A stretch of DNA of 64,000 bases. It comes from Nannocystis bainbridge (GTDB lineage: Bacteria > Myxococcota_A > Polyangia > Nannocystales > Nannocystaceae). How positions within the stretch are numbered: the stretch's first letter is position 1; each line of letters begins with the position of its first letter. Location: positions 864,001 through 928,000 of the forward strand of contig NZ_JAQNDL010000002.1 of the NCBI RefSeq assembly GCF_028368995.1, in the 5' to 3' direction. Shown here in pieces: positions 42,305-52,700 of the stretch. The position numbers and the translations under genes were made by a program. The notes under the pieces were generated by a model, which did no database searches, was not told the DNA's origin, and was given only the letters and a program-made list of their open reading frames with translations.

Positions 42305-42557
42305 TCAAGGTCAGGCGAGGGGGCAGGCCGGCGGGGCTGCCCGCGAGCGGTGCGGATCCGAGAGGCCAGGGCCCGCGTCGAAGCTTCGGTTGGTTTGCCA
42401 GCGACCCGCGGGTCGGGAGCCTCAAAACCGCCGGGATCGTCACGATGGCGCCTGAGCGCATCCTCGACGCCCGCAACCCGGTGAAGGGCGAGCCGCTGCA
42501 GCCCCGGGCGGCGCCCGTCGCTCCGGCGGCCGCCGGTCTGATAGCATCGCGGCGATG

Positions 42558-44571
42558 GTGCGTCCTGACGACGCGGACGAGCTCGGCCCCGGAGGGGGCG
42601 GCTCGGCCGCGTCATGCTGCACCGTTCCAGCGGGTGAAAGTCCCGCCCGGGTAGGCGCCGGAGCGCCCGGTAGCAGGCCCCAGGCGCGAGGAGAGATTCT
42701 CGCGGCCCGAGCGGGGCGTCAAGAGCCTCTGCGGAGGGAGCAAGAACGCGGGCCGCAACATCAAGTGAAGCCTGCAGCCTCGACAGATGAACAATGGGGG
42801 AGCCGAGCCGCTCATCTCACGGCGAAGGCCACGCCCACCGCGCAGTCATCCGGAGCAGAAAGCGCGATGGGTCCTCCCGGGGTATGGGGCGCAGCACGCG
42901 TTCAAGGAGCGATGCGGAACAGGAGAGGCCCGTCTGCACGGCCCGTGTCGGGGCGATGCGACTCGTATAAGCCGAAGGCGAAGTCGAGCGCTGTGCAGCG
43001 GGAGTCCGAGGGGGTCGTAGTACCGGCGATGGCGGCGCAGAACAACGCAGTCGGAGGGAAGGACCCCTGGGGTGGTCGTGTCGGAGAAGAAGGTAAGCGC
43101 GAGGGCATGGCCTGCAGGACAGGTCCCAACCACCCCACGCGGCGCAGGCCGCGTGACAAAGTGCGAGAACTTCGACGCCGACTGTGGGCCGCAGCCAAGC
43201 GGCAACCGGGTCGACGCTTCCATGCGCTGTACGACCGCATCTTCAGGCGTGACGTCCTGAAGGAAGCATGGAGGCGGGTGAAGAAGAACAGGGGGTCAGC
43301 GGGCGTCGATGCCCAGACGCTGGCCGAGGTGGAAGAGCTCGGCGTCGATCGCTTCCTCGAAGAGATCGCCGACGAACTCAAGGGCGGGACGTACCGACCG
43401 AGCGCGGTCATGCGGCGGTACATCCCGAAGGCGGACGGGAAGAAGCGGCCGCTGGGGATCCCGACAGTCCGGGACCGAGTGGTGCAGATGGCGGCGAAGC
43501 TGGTGCTGGAGCCGATCTTCGAGGCGGATTTCCTTCCGTGCTCGTACGGCTTCCGGCCGAAGCGCAGCGCGACGCAGGCGCTCGAGCGACTGCGCGTGCT
43601 GGGAGCTCGAGGTGGGAACCATGTGCTCGACGCTGACATCCGCGACTACTTCGGCAGCATCGATCACGAGCGACTGATGAAGCTCGTCGAGATGCGGATC
43701 TCGGATCGAAGGGTCCTCAAGCTGGTGCGGCAATGGCTCGAAGCCGGCGTGATGGAAGACGGCCAGGTGACGGCGATGCTCTCGGGGACACCCCAGGGCG
43801 GCGTGATCTCACCGCTGCTGTCGAACATCTACCTCGGTGTCCTCGACAAGCTGTGGCAGCGACGGCACGCCCATCTGGGCGAGCTCGTGCGCTACTGCGA
43901 CGACTTCGTGATCCTGTGCGGGACCAGGAAGGCGTGCGAGGAGGCCGAGGTCAGGGTCCGCGAGATCCTGCGGCGTCTCAAGCTGGAACTGCATCCCGAG
44001 AAGACGAGGCGAGTCGAGCTGAGCTGGGGACGGCAAGGCTTCGACTTCCTCGGCTGCCACCTGCGCAAGCGCATGTCCGGGCCGATCTGGGAGAAGGAAC
44101 ATCGCAGGGTGTACTTCCTCCAGCGCTGGCCCTCGACGCGTAGCATGACGCGGGCACGGCAGCGCGTGAAGGAGCTGACCGGCTCGAACCGCAACGGGGC
44201 CAAAGATGTGCGGGTGATCATCCGTGACATCAACCCGGTGCTGCGTGGCTGGGGTAACTACTTCCGCACCGGGAACGCCGCCGTGAAATTCAACCGGATC
44301 GACACCTACGTGTGGTCTCGCCTTCGTCGCTTCATGATGAGGCGCAAGGGCCGGCACCTCCGCGCAGGTGAGGTCGAGAGCTGGACGCGCGACTTCTTCC
44401 ACAACCACGGTCTCCACCGTCTACGGGGGACCGTGCAGTACCCGGAGGCCGCGTAATGCGGCGGCTCGAGAGACCACCGGTAAGCCGTGTGCGGGAAATC
44501 CGCATGCACGGTTTGAACGGGGGTCCTGCCCTTCCTCCGGCTCAAGCAGAGGAAGGGTAGGATCTACCAAT
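42558..44571 (+). mobile_element. Group II intron (ends +/- 1 nt)
   Basis: 5' GTGCG; domain V AAGCCGTGTGCGGGAAATCCGCATGCACGGTTT (~44482-44514); domain VI hairpin with bulged A 44566; ends ...CTACCAAT. Confidence 0.92.
43107..44456 (+). CDS. ltrA: Group II intron reverse transcriptase/maturase, no endonuclease domain
   Basis: RPLGIPTVRDR, SYGFRP, DADIRDYF, GTPQGGVISPLLSN, RYCDDF, GFDFLG, LRGWGNYF. Confidence 0.95.
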   Translation: MACRTGPNHPTRRRPRDKVRELRRRLWAAAKRQPGRRFHALYDRIFRRDVLKEAWRRVKKNRGSAGVDAQTLAEVEELGVDRFLEEIADELKGGTYRPSAVMRRYIPKADGKKRPLGIPTVRDRVVQMAAKLVLEPIFEADFLPCSYGFRPKRSATQALERLRVLGARGGNHVLDADIRDYFGSIDHERLMKLVEMRISDRRVLKLVRQWLEAGVMEDGQVTAMLSGTPQGGVISPLLSNIYLGVLDKLWQRRHAHLGELVRYCDDFVILCGTRKACEEAEVRVREILRRLKLELHPEKTRRVELSWGRQGFDFLGCHLRKRMSGPIWEKEHRRVYFLQRWPSTRSMTRARQRVKELTGSNRNGAKDVRVIIRDINPVLRGWGNYFRTGNAAVKFNRIDTYVWSRLRRFMMRRKGRHLRAGEVESWTRDFFHNHGLHRLRGTVQYPEAA

Positions 44572-46390
44572 GAGCCTCGCCACCGCCCCGACCCAGCCCG
44601 GCGCTCGCTTCGACGACGCGGAGCTCGCCGAGCTGGCGACGGTCCTCGGACACGAGTACACGATCGAACGCGAGCTCGGCCGCGGCGGCATGGGGGTCGT
44701 GCTGCTGGCGCGCGACCTCCGGCTCGAGCGGCCGGTGGCGATCAAGGTGTTGCCGCGCGAGCGAGCCGGCGACGCCGCGCACCGCCAGCGGTTCCTCCGC
44801 GAGGCGAGGACGGCGGCGAAGCTGTCGCACCCGAACATCGTGCCGACCCTCCACGCCGACGAGGCCGGCGCGTTCGCGTATTTCACGATGCCGTACATCG
44901 ACGGCGAGACGCTGGCCGAACGCGTGCATAATCGCGGCCGGCCGACGGCGCGGGAGGTCGTACAGCTGCTGCGCGAGGCCGCGTGGGCGCTGGCCTACGC
45001 GCACGCGCACGGGGTCGTGCACCGCGACATCAAGCCGGAGAACATCCTCGTCGAGCGCGCGACCGGCCGGGTGCTGGTCACCGACTTCGGGATCGCGTTC
45101 GAGGCGCAGGCGTCGCGGCTGACCGGCGACGACCACATGGTGGGGACCGCGGCGTTCATGAGCCCCGAGCAGATCCTCGGGCGCGAGCTCGACGGCCGCA
45201 GCGACCTGTACTCGCTCGGCGTCGTCGGCTACTGGCTGCTCGCCGGGCAGCACCCGTTCGAGGGCGCGGCGGTGCCGGCGGTGCTCGTCAAGCACGCGAC
45301 CGAGCCGGCGGCGCCGCTGCGCACGCTCGCGCCCGAGGTCCCCGCGGGCCTGGCCGCGGCGATCGATCGCTGCCTGGCGAAGGAGCCCGACGCGCGCTGG
45401 CCCTCCGGCGAGGCGTTCGCGGAGGCGCTCGCTACCGCCGAGGAGGAGCTCGCCGGCGTGCCCGCGCGCACCGGCGGCGACCGCCTGCTGGACGAGCGCG
45501 AGGTCTCGGCGGTGCTGCAGCGCGCGGCCCAGCTGCAGGCCGACGCCGCCCGTCGCGTCGAGGAGCGCTCGCGGACCGGGACCGCCGCGCCGGCGCCGAC
45601 CACCACCAGCGCGCTGCGGGTGTCCGAGGTCCAGGCCGCCGCGGCCGAGGCGGGCATCGCCGCAGAGTTCGTGGCGATGGCGGCGGCGGAGCTGCCCACG
45701 AGCGGCGCGCTCGCGGTGCCGTCGGTCTCGGCCGCGGCGGAGGGCCGCTGGTCGATGCGCCTGTTCGGCAAGGACGTCCGCCAGCTCGTCGCCTCGCGGG
45801 TGATCCGCGCGCCGGCGAAGACCGTGCTCGACGCGCTGGCGCACGTGTGGCAGGCCAGCCCTTACAACCTCCGCTTGCTCGACGCCGTCGGCCCTCACCC
45901 GCTCGACGGCGGGGCGGTGATGTTCCGCGTGCCGAAGTTCACCGCCAGCCCCGACGGCTCGGGCTACGGCGGCTTCAGTTATTACATGTACATCCTGTCG
46001 ATCCGTCAGGTCCGCCTGACGATGCAGCGCCGCGGCCGTGATGCGATCGAGTGCACGGCGACCGTCGAGCTGCACGAGACGATCGCGGTCGGCCGCCGGA
46101 TCTTCTTCCCGTGGATGATCGGCGCGACCTCGGTCGTCGGCGGCGCCGCCGGCATGGCGATGTTCATGACGATGATCCCGGTGCTCGCGGTGTTGACGAC
46201 CCTGATCACCGTCGCCTCGGTCTACGGCGGCCTCCACAAGCTCAACCACGTCTTCTACGCCTACTACATCAAGCAAGCGCAGGAGCAGCTCGAGACGCTG
46301 CTCGCCGACGTCGACGCCAACCTGCGCACGCAGGCGGTGTTCGGCAGTCTGCCCGCGCCGCGGCCGGAGCTCCGGCGCGGCGACGACTGA
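44570..46390 (+). CDS. Ser/Thr protein kinase with C-terminal TM segments
   Basis: GRGGMGVV, VAIK, HRDIKPEN, DFG, GTAAFMSPEQ. Confidence 0.93.
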   Translation: MSLATAPTQPGARFDDAELAELATVLGHEYTIERELGRGGMGVVLLARDLRLERPVAIKVLPRERAGDAAHRQRFLREARTAAKLSHPNIVPTLHADEAGAFAYFTMPYIDGETLAERVHNRGRPTAREVVQLLREAAWALAYAHAHGVVHRDIKPENILVERATGRVLVTDFGIAFEAQASRLTGDDHMVGTAAFMSPEQILGRELDGRSDLYSLGVVGYWLLAGQHPFEGAAVPAVLVKHATEPAAPLRTLAPEVPAGLAAAIDRCLAKEPDARWPSGEAFAEALATAEEELAGVPARTGGDRLLDEREVSAVLQRAAQLQADAARRVEERSRTGTAAPAPTTTSALRVSEVQAAAAEAGIAAEFVAMAAAELPTSGALAVPSVSAAAEGRWSMRLFGKDVRQLVASRVIRAPAKTVLDALAHVWQASPYNLRLLDAVGPHPLDGGAVMFRVPKFTASPDGSGYGGFSYYMYILSIRQVRLTMQRRGRDAIECTATVELHETIAVGRRIFFPWMIGATSVVGGAAGMAMFMTMIPVLAVLTTLITVASVYGGLHKLNHVFYAYYIKQAQEQLETLLADVDANLRTQAVFGSLPAPRPELRRGDD

Positions 46391-46621
46391 GCGGGCGGGG
46401 CGACGGCGGCGAGCTCGGCGCTGGAAATCGGCGCGAGGCTGGAGGTCGCAAAAATGTCCGAAGGGACAGGTCCGCTTCACGTCGTCGTGGCGAGCGGCGA
46501 GGCGCGAGATCGGGAGCTGCGGAGGACGCGTGAGGGCGAAACGGAGGGGCGATGCACGCGAGGCCCGATCTGCGAGCGTGGAAGTCCGTGGTAGGGGCGC
46601 AGGGCAGGTACACTGCCGCGA

Positions 46622-47650
46622 ATGGCGGAGATCATCGTGAGGCGGCAGGTGGCGAAGGGGCGCTCTCGAGCGGGCGCGGTGCGAGCGGCGGGGCTGGCGG
46701 TGACGCTGACGGCCTGCGGGCAAGCGCCGGGAGAGGCGACGAGCGAGGACACCGGGACGACGACGACGACGACGACGGCGACCTCGACGCTCGAGCCGAC
46801 GAGCTCGAGCGGCTCGACGACGGCGGAGGTGACGACGGCGGAGGCGACGACGGCGGAGGCGACCACGGTCACGCCGACGACGGCGGAGGTGACGACGACG
46901 TCGACCTCGACGACGACCGACGCGAGCACCACGGAGCCCGCGGCAGGCTGCGCCGATCTGCCGCTGTGCGACGATTTCGAGGCGGAGGCGGTCGGTGGCG
47001 CGCCGGACCCGGCGCGGTGGACGGTGACGTCGCCGAACTGCAGCGGCAGCGGGACGCTGGCGATCGACGGGTCGGTGGCGCACACGGGCGCGCAATCGCT
47101 GCGGATCGACGGCGGGGGCGGCTACTGCGATCACGTGTTCGTGGCCAACACGGAGGCGATCGCGGCGATCGGGCCGCAGGTATACGGGCGGCTGTGGGTC
47201 CGCTTCGAGGCGGCGCTCGGGCAAGGTCACGTGACGTTCATGACGCTGCGCGACAGCGCCGACGCCGGCGGCAAGGACCTGCGGATGGGCGGGCAGTCGA
47301 CGATCCTGATGTGGAACCGCGAGTCGGACGACGCGACGCTGCCGGCGCTGAGCCCGGCGGGGATCGCCCTGAGCACGGCGCCGACGCCGGGGGCGTGGAC
47401 GTGCGTGGAGTTCCTGATCGACGCAGCCGGGCCCGGGCTGACGACGTGGGTCGACGGGGCGGAGGTGCCGGGGCTGGTGATCGACGGCGAGCCGACGCCG
47501 GACGTCGATCAGCAGTGGCTGAACAAGCCCGACTGGCAGCCGGCGCTGGTCGACTTCAAGCTCGGCTGGGAGAGCTACGCCGGGCAGACGATGACGCTGT
47601 ACTTCGACGACGTGGCGCTGGCAGCGACCCGCATCGGCTGCGACGGCTGA
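46622..47650 (+). CDS. Lipoprotein with Thr-rich linker and Cip1-like beta-sandwich domain
   Basis: LTAC lipobox; CDDFE, GGGGYCDHVF, LRMGGQ, DATLP, GWESY. Confidence 0.7.
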   Translation: MAEIIVRRQVAKGRSRAGAVRAAGLAVTLTACGQAPGEATSEDTGTTTTTTTATSTLEPTSSSGSTTAEVTTAEATTAEATTVTPTTAEVTTTSTSTTTDASTTEPAAGCADLPLCDDFEAEAVGGAPDPARWTVTSPNCSGSGTLAIDGSVAHTGAQSLRIDGGGGYCDHVFVANTEAIAAIGPQVYGRLWVRFEAALGQGHVTFMTLRDSADAGGKDLRMGGQSTILMWNRESDDATLPALSPAGIALSTAPTPGAWTCVEFLIDAAGPGLTTWVDGAEVPGLVIDGEPTPDVDQQWLNKPDWQPALVDFKLGWESYAGQTMTLYFDDVALAATRIGCDG

Positions 47651-47682
47651 GCGCGGACGGCGGCGCCGGCGGGTGACCGATC

Positions 47683-47762
47683 GGGCATGTTCGATAGGAC
47701 ATGCCTAAAAGGCCATGTCTCATGGCGCATGTCCATGAGGACATGGCCTCGGAGACATGGGC
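47683..47762. repeat. 14-bp-period array
   Basis: CATG at 47686, 47700, 47714, 47728, 47742, 47756; convergent junction. Confidence 0.9.
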
Positions 47763-48875
47763 TCAAGGCGCGGGGTCGGTCGGGCGGCGGACGTTGTTCG
47801 GGCCGCTGAGGTGGTCGACGCTGACGAGCACGGCCTCGCCGGCCTGCCAGCCGTCGTACTCGGACTTTTCGGCGGTGCGGGTGTAGGACTCGCCCTCGTC
47901 GCCGTAGGCGAACACGACGGTGTAGAGGCCGTCCTGGACGGTGCGCTCGCGGTCGCCGCTGGTGGCGATCTCGGCGAAGCGCAGGCCGTCGTGCCCGTCG
48001 CCGCGCACGACCTCGCTGCGCGCCGGGAGCCAGGCCTGGGTGACGTAGTCGCACCAGGTGGCGTAGATCGGGCGTGAGCAGTGCTTGGTGCGCGTGCGCG
48101 TGACGGAGCGGGTGCAGGTCTTGGGGACGCTGGTGCAGCTGCGGGTGAACGAGCCGTTGCCGTTGCTCTGGGTGCTGCACGACTCGGTCGAGCCGCAGGT
48201 GTAGGACTCGCTGTCCTGGTAGTCCTCGGTGCCGCAGGCGTACGACTCGTCGTGGTGGTGCTTCTCGCGGCAGCCGGTGATCGCCACGCCGGCGACCTCG
48301 CCGTGACCGGCCCGCGGCGGGACCTCGGCGCGCTCGTGGACGGCGGTCTGCCAGTCGCCGCGGTCGACGTTCTGCCACCGCTCGAGGGTGGTGGTGTGCT
48401 GCCAGTGCAGGCCGGTGACGGTGCCCGGGTACTCGCGGTCGATGGTGCACCAGGCGACGAGGCCGGCGAAGGCGAGCAGCACGAGGCCGGCGATCCAGCG
48501 GCGCCGATGCGTGGACCACGAGGCGAGCAGGCGGTCGGGGAGGCCCGAGGGCGGCGGGGTCGGGTCGGGCTTGGGCGGCGGCGGCCTCCCGTCGCGCCCG
48601 CCGCCGCAGCTGTCGCAGGTGGCCGAGGAGGCGCGGTTGTTGCTGCCGCAGTAATGGCACGACCAGTCGGGGCCGTCGTGGGCGACGGCGAGCTCATCGC
48701 GGTCGGAGATGGCGGCGCTGGTGAAGGCGGCGTCGTCAGGCGGCCGCATGGCGTCGAGCTCGTGCTGCTCGCGCGGGTCGCCGCACGAGGGGCAGCGCTT
48801 GTCCCGGCCGCTGATGTCCTTCTGGCCGCAGCGCGTGCAGTCCCACAGGCCCCAGGCAGTGACGGTGGTGTCCAC
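47763..48875 (-). CDS. Double RanBP2-type zinc-finger membrane protein
   Basis: WDCTRC..CPSCG, WSCHYC..CDSCG, TM helix, Cys-rich external domain. Confidence 0.82.
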   Translation of the reverse strand: MDTTVTAWGLWDCTRCGQKDISGRDKRCPSCGDPREQHELDAMRPPDDAAFTSAAISDRDELAVAHDGPDWSCHYCGSNNRASSATCDSCGGGRDGRPPPPKPDPTPPPSGLPDRLLASWSTHRRRWIAGLVLLAFAGLVAWCTIDREYPGTVTGLHWQHTTTLERWQNVDRGDWQTAVHERAEVPPRAGHGEVAGVAITGCREKHHHDESYACGTEDYQDSESYTCGSTESCSTQSNGNGSFTRSCTSVPKTCTRSVTRTRTKHCSRPIYATWCDYVTQAWLPARSEVVRGDGHDGLRFAEIATSGDRERTVQDGLYTVVFAYGDEGESYTRTAEKSEYDGWQAGEAVLVSVDHLSGPNNVRRPTDPAP

Positions 48876-49096
48876 CGCGGCGAACGATAGCGCGTGCCGG
48901 GCGGCCAGGGCAGGGCGAATCGAGGCGCAGGTCCGCGCGAGCCGTGCGCGAGCGCGGGGGCATGCGCGGCGGGCCGGGTCCGCTCGCGGGGCCGCGAGTC
49001 CAGAGGCCGGGGTCGAGGTAGAGCTGGCGAAAAGGACATGTCGCATGGAGCATGTCCGAAGAGTCATCTAGAGCCGGCGCGACGGTGGCCACCGTG

Positions 49097-49462
49097 ATGG
49101 GCAGGGAGTTCGGAGCGTGGAGCGCGCGGGCCGATCGCGAGGCGGCGCCGGACGGGCGGGTGAAGCAGATCGAGTCGCCCGAGGTGGACGCGTACGAGCA
49201 AGGCAAGCGCGACGCGCTCGCGGCGATCGCCAGGGACTCGCTGGGGCTGGAGACGTACGGCTACCCCGCGCCGTGCCGCTACAAATATGCCCAGATCCTG
49301 CGCCAGGACTACAAGGTGTGGCTTCACGAGGTGGCGGGCTGCGTGATCGACGAGACGATCGCCGGGCACGCGCGCGGCTACAACGAGGTGATGCACGCGG
49401 AGATCGAGCGCCGTCACGGCCCGAAAGTGTTTGAAAAGGCGAGCCGCAAGGCCGGCTGTTGA
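49097..49462 (+). CDS. Hypothetical protein (start uncertain)
   Basis: Host-like codons; GCVID...GYNEVM block. Confidence 0.6.
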   Translation: MGREFGAWSARADREAAPDGRVKQIESPEVDAYEQGKRDALAAIARDSLGLETYGYPAPCRYKYAQILRQDYKVWLHEVAGCVIDETIAGHARGYNEVMHAEIERRHGPKVFEKASRKAGC

Positions 49463-49621
49463 AAGGGCGGGGTCGGACGCCGGCTGCGCGGGCGATGAGC
49501 GAGCGCGCGGAGACGAGGAAGGCGCGATCGTGCGAGGTGGCCGTCGCGCAGAGGCGAGGACACCACGGGGTGAGAACGGTCGAGCGCGCGGAGGCGAGGG
49601 CTGAGCGACTCAGGGTCGTTC

Positions 49622-49701
49622 GGACATGGTCGAACGACCATGTCGTGACGGACATGCTCGTGGGGACATGGGCATGAGGACATGCGCTTTTGCGCATGTC
49701 C
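49622..49701. repeat. 14-bp-period array
   Basis: CATG at 49625, 49639, 49653, 49667, 49681, 49695; convergent junction. Confidence 0.9.
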
Positions 49702-49707
49702 TCCGGG

Positions 49708-52700
49708 TCAGACCGGCGCGAGCATCAGCAGGAGGTCGCCGGCGTCGAGGTTGTCGCCGACGGCGACGGCGAAGCGGCGCACGGTGCCGGGGTGCGGGGC
49801 GGCGACGACGGTCTCCATCTTCATGGCGGAGAGCACGACCAGCGGGGCGCCGGCGGCCACCTTGTCGCCGACGGCGACGCGCAGCTCGGTGACGGCGCCG
49901 GGCATCGGGGCGGCGACGGCGGCGGGGTCGTCGGGGGTGGCGCGCTCGCGCTGCTTGACGGTCTGGACCGCCGACTTGTCGGCGATCCGCAGCGAGCGCG
50001 GCTGGCCGTTGAGCTCGAAGAAGACGTCGCGCTGGCCGTCGGGGCCGAGCTCGCCGACCGCCTTCATGCGCACGATCAGCGTCTTGCCTTGCTCGATCTC
50101 CACGCTGAGCTCCTCGCCGACCGGCAGCCCGGCGAAGAAGGCCCGCGTCGGCAGCCGCGAGACGTCGGCGAACTGGGCGCGGAACGCCAGGTACTCGCGG
50201 AACACGGTCGGGTAGAGCGCGCCCGAGACGATGTCGACGTCGCGCAGCGGCATGCTGGCGAGCTGCTGCAGCTCGGCGGCGAGGGTCTCGAAGTCGAGGT
50301 CGGGTAGCGAGGCGCCGGGGCGGCCCTCGAAGGTCGGGCGGCCGCGCAGGACCTTGGTGCGCAGCGGCTCGGGGAAGCCGCCGTGGGGCTGGCCGAGGTG
50401 GCCCTGGAAGAACTCGACGACGGAGCTGGGGAACGAGAGGGTCTCGGCCTGCGCGAGCACGGCGGCCTCGTCGAGGTCGTTCTGGACCATGAACTGGGCC
50501 AGGTCGCCGACGACCTTGGAGGACGGGGTGACCTTGATGATGTCGCCGAGCAGGCGGTTGGCGGCCGCGTAGGCGCGCTTGATCGCCGGCCAGCGGGAGG
50601 CGAGGCCGAGGGCGTTGGCCTGGAACTGCAGGTTGGTGAGCTGACCGCCGGGCATCTCGTGCAGGTACACGTCGGCGCTGCCGCTGAGGTTGCCGGCCTC
50701 GAAGGGGGCGTAGAGCGAGCGCGCCTGCTCCCAGTAGGTGCCGATCGGCGAGAGGTCGGCGATGTCGAGGCCGGTGTCGCGGTCGCTGCCGTGGAGCGCG
50801 GCGACGAGGGCCCCGAGGGCCGGCTGCGAGGTGACGCCGGCCATGGTGGTGATCGCGGCGTCGACGATGTCGGCGCCGGCCATGGCGGCGGCGAGCATGG
50901 AGGCGACGCCGGTGCCGGCGGTGTCGTGGGTGTGGACGTGGATCGGGACGGCGGGGTGGGCGGCGCGCAGGGCCTCGACGAGGATCATGGCGGCGCGCGG
51001 GCGCAGCAGGCCCGCCATGTCCTTGATGGCGAGCACGTGGGTGCCCATCTCGACCAGCTTGCCGGCGAGGTCGACGTAGTACTGCAGGGAGTACTTGGTG
51101 CGCCCGGGGTCGGCGACGTCGCCGCTGTAGCAGAGCGCGGCCTCGATCACGCCGCCGGCCTCGCCGACGGCGTCGACGCCGAGCTTGAGGTTCTCGGTGT
51201 AGTTGAGGCAGTCGAAGATCCGAAACACGTCGACGCCGCGCTCGGCCGAGTGGCGGACGAACCGGCGCACGACGTTGTCGGGGTAGTTGGTGTAGCCGAC
51301 GGCGTTGGCGCCGCGCAGCAGCATCTGGAACGGGATGTTGGGGACGAGCTCGCGCAGGCGCTCGAGGCGATCCCACGGGTCCTCGCGGAGGAAGCGGAGG
51401 GCGACGTCGAAGGTGGCGCCGCCCCACATCTCGAGGCTGAAGGCCGGGGCCAGCACGCGGGCGGTGGCCGGGGCGATGGCGAGGAGGTCGATGGTGCGGA
51501 CGCGGGTGGCGAGCAGCGATTGATGGGCGTCGCGCCAGGTGGTGTCGGTGAGGAGCAGGCCAGGGTGAGCGCGCACGGCGGCGGCGAACGCCGCGGGGCC
51601 CTTGGCGCGCAGGAGGTCGCGCCAGCCGGCCAGCGGGGCGCCTTCGCGGGCCTCGGGGACCTCGGGGTCGATGCGCGCGGGCGGGGTCTGGGTGGCCCAC
51701 GGGGTAGTGGGGCCGTTGACGGCGACCTCGGCGAGGAAGCGCAGCAGTCGCTGGGCGCGGTTGCGTCGCGCGGGCAGATCGAAGAGCTCGGGGGTGCCGT
51801 CGACGAAGCCGGTGGTGATGTCGCCGGCGACGAACTTGGGGTGGCCGAGGACGTTTTGAAGGAAGGGGATGTTGGTCTTGACGCCGCGGATCCGGAACTC
51901 GGCCAGCGCGCGCAGGAGCTTGTGCCGCGCGACCTCGAAGGTGTTGCCGCGCGCGGTGACTTTGACGAGCAGCGAGTCGTAGTGCGGCGTGATGACGGCG
52001 CCGCTGTAGCCCGAGCCGCCGTCGAGGCGGATGCCCATGCCGCTGGCCGAGCGGTAGGCCTCGATGCGGCCGGTGTCGGGGCGGAACTGGGCGCGGGGAT
52101 CTTCGGTGGTGATCCGGCACTGGATGGCGTGGCCGCGCGCCACGATCGCGCCCTGGTGGAGGCCGAGATCGGCCAGGGTGGCGCCGCCGGCGATCCGGAT
52201 CTGGGCCTGGACGAGATCGACGCCGGTGATCTCCTCGGTGACGGTGTGCTCGACCTGGATCCTCGGGTTGACCTCGATGAAGTAGTGGCGGCCGTCGCCA
52301 TCGACCAGGAACTCGACGGTGCCGGCGTTCTCGTAGCCGACGGCGCGGGCGAGCCTGAGGGCGTCGCCGTGCAGGCCGTCACGTGTCTCTCGGGACAGGC
52401 CGAGCGCGGGCGCCATCTCGACGACCTTCTGGTGGCGGCGCTGGACCGAGCAGTCGCGCTCGAACAGGTGCACGACCTCGCCGGTGCGATCGCCGAGGAT
52501 CTGCACCTCGACGTGGCGGGCGGCGCCGACGAACCGCTCGAGGAAGACGGTGCCGTCGCCGAAGGCGGCCTTGGCCTCGCTGGCGGCGCGCGTGAAGGCC
52601 TCGTCGAGCTCGTCGGCGCTGCGGACGACCCGCATGCCGCGGCCGCCCCCGCCCATGGCGGCCTTGACGATGATCGGGAAGCCGTGGGCGGCCGCGAACG

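Noticed and set aside
43107-44456. RT as retron, DGR or defence RT
   Set aside because: GTGCG start, domains V/VI and maturase domain identify a group II intron; no template/variable repeat pair seen
46750-46935. ACG-rich repeats (also 28430-28575)
   Set aside because: Ordinary Thr-rich lipoprotein linkers
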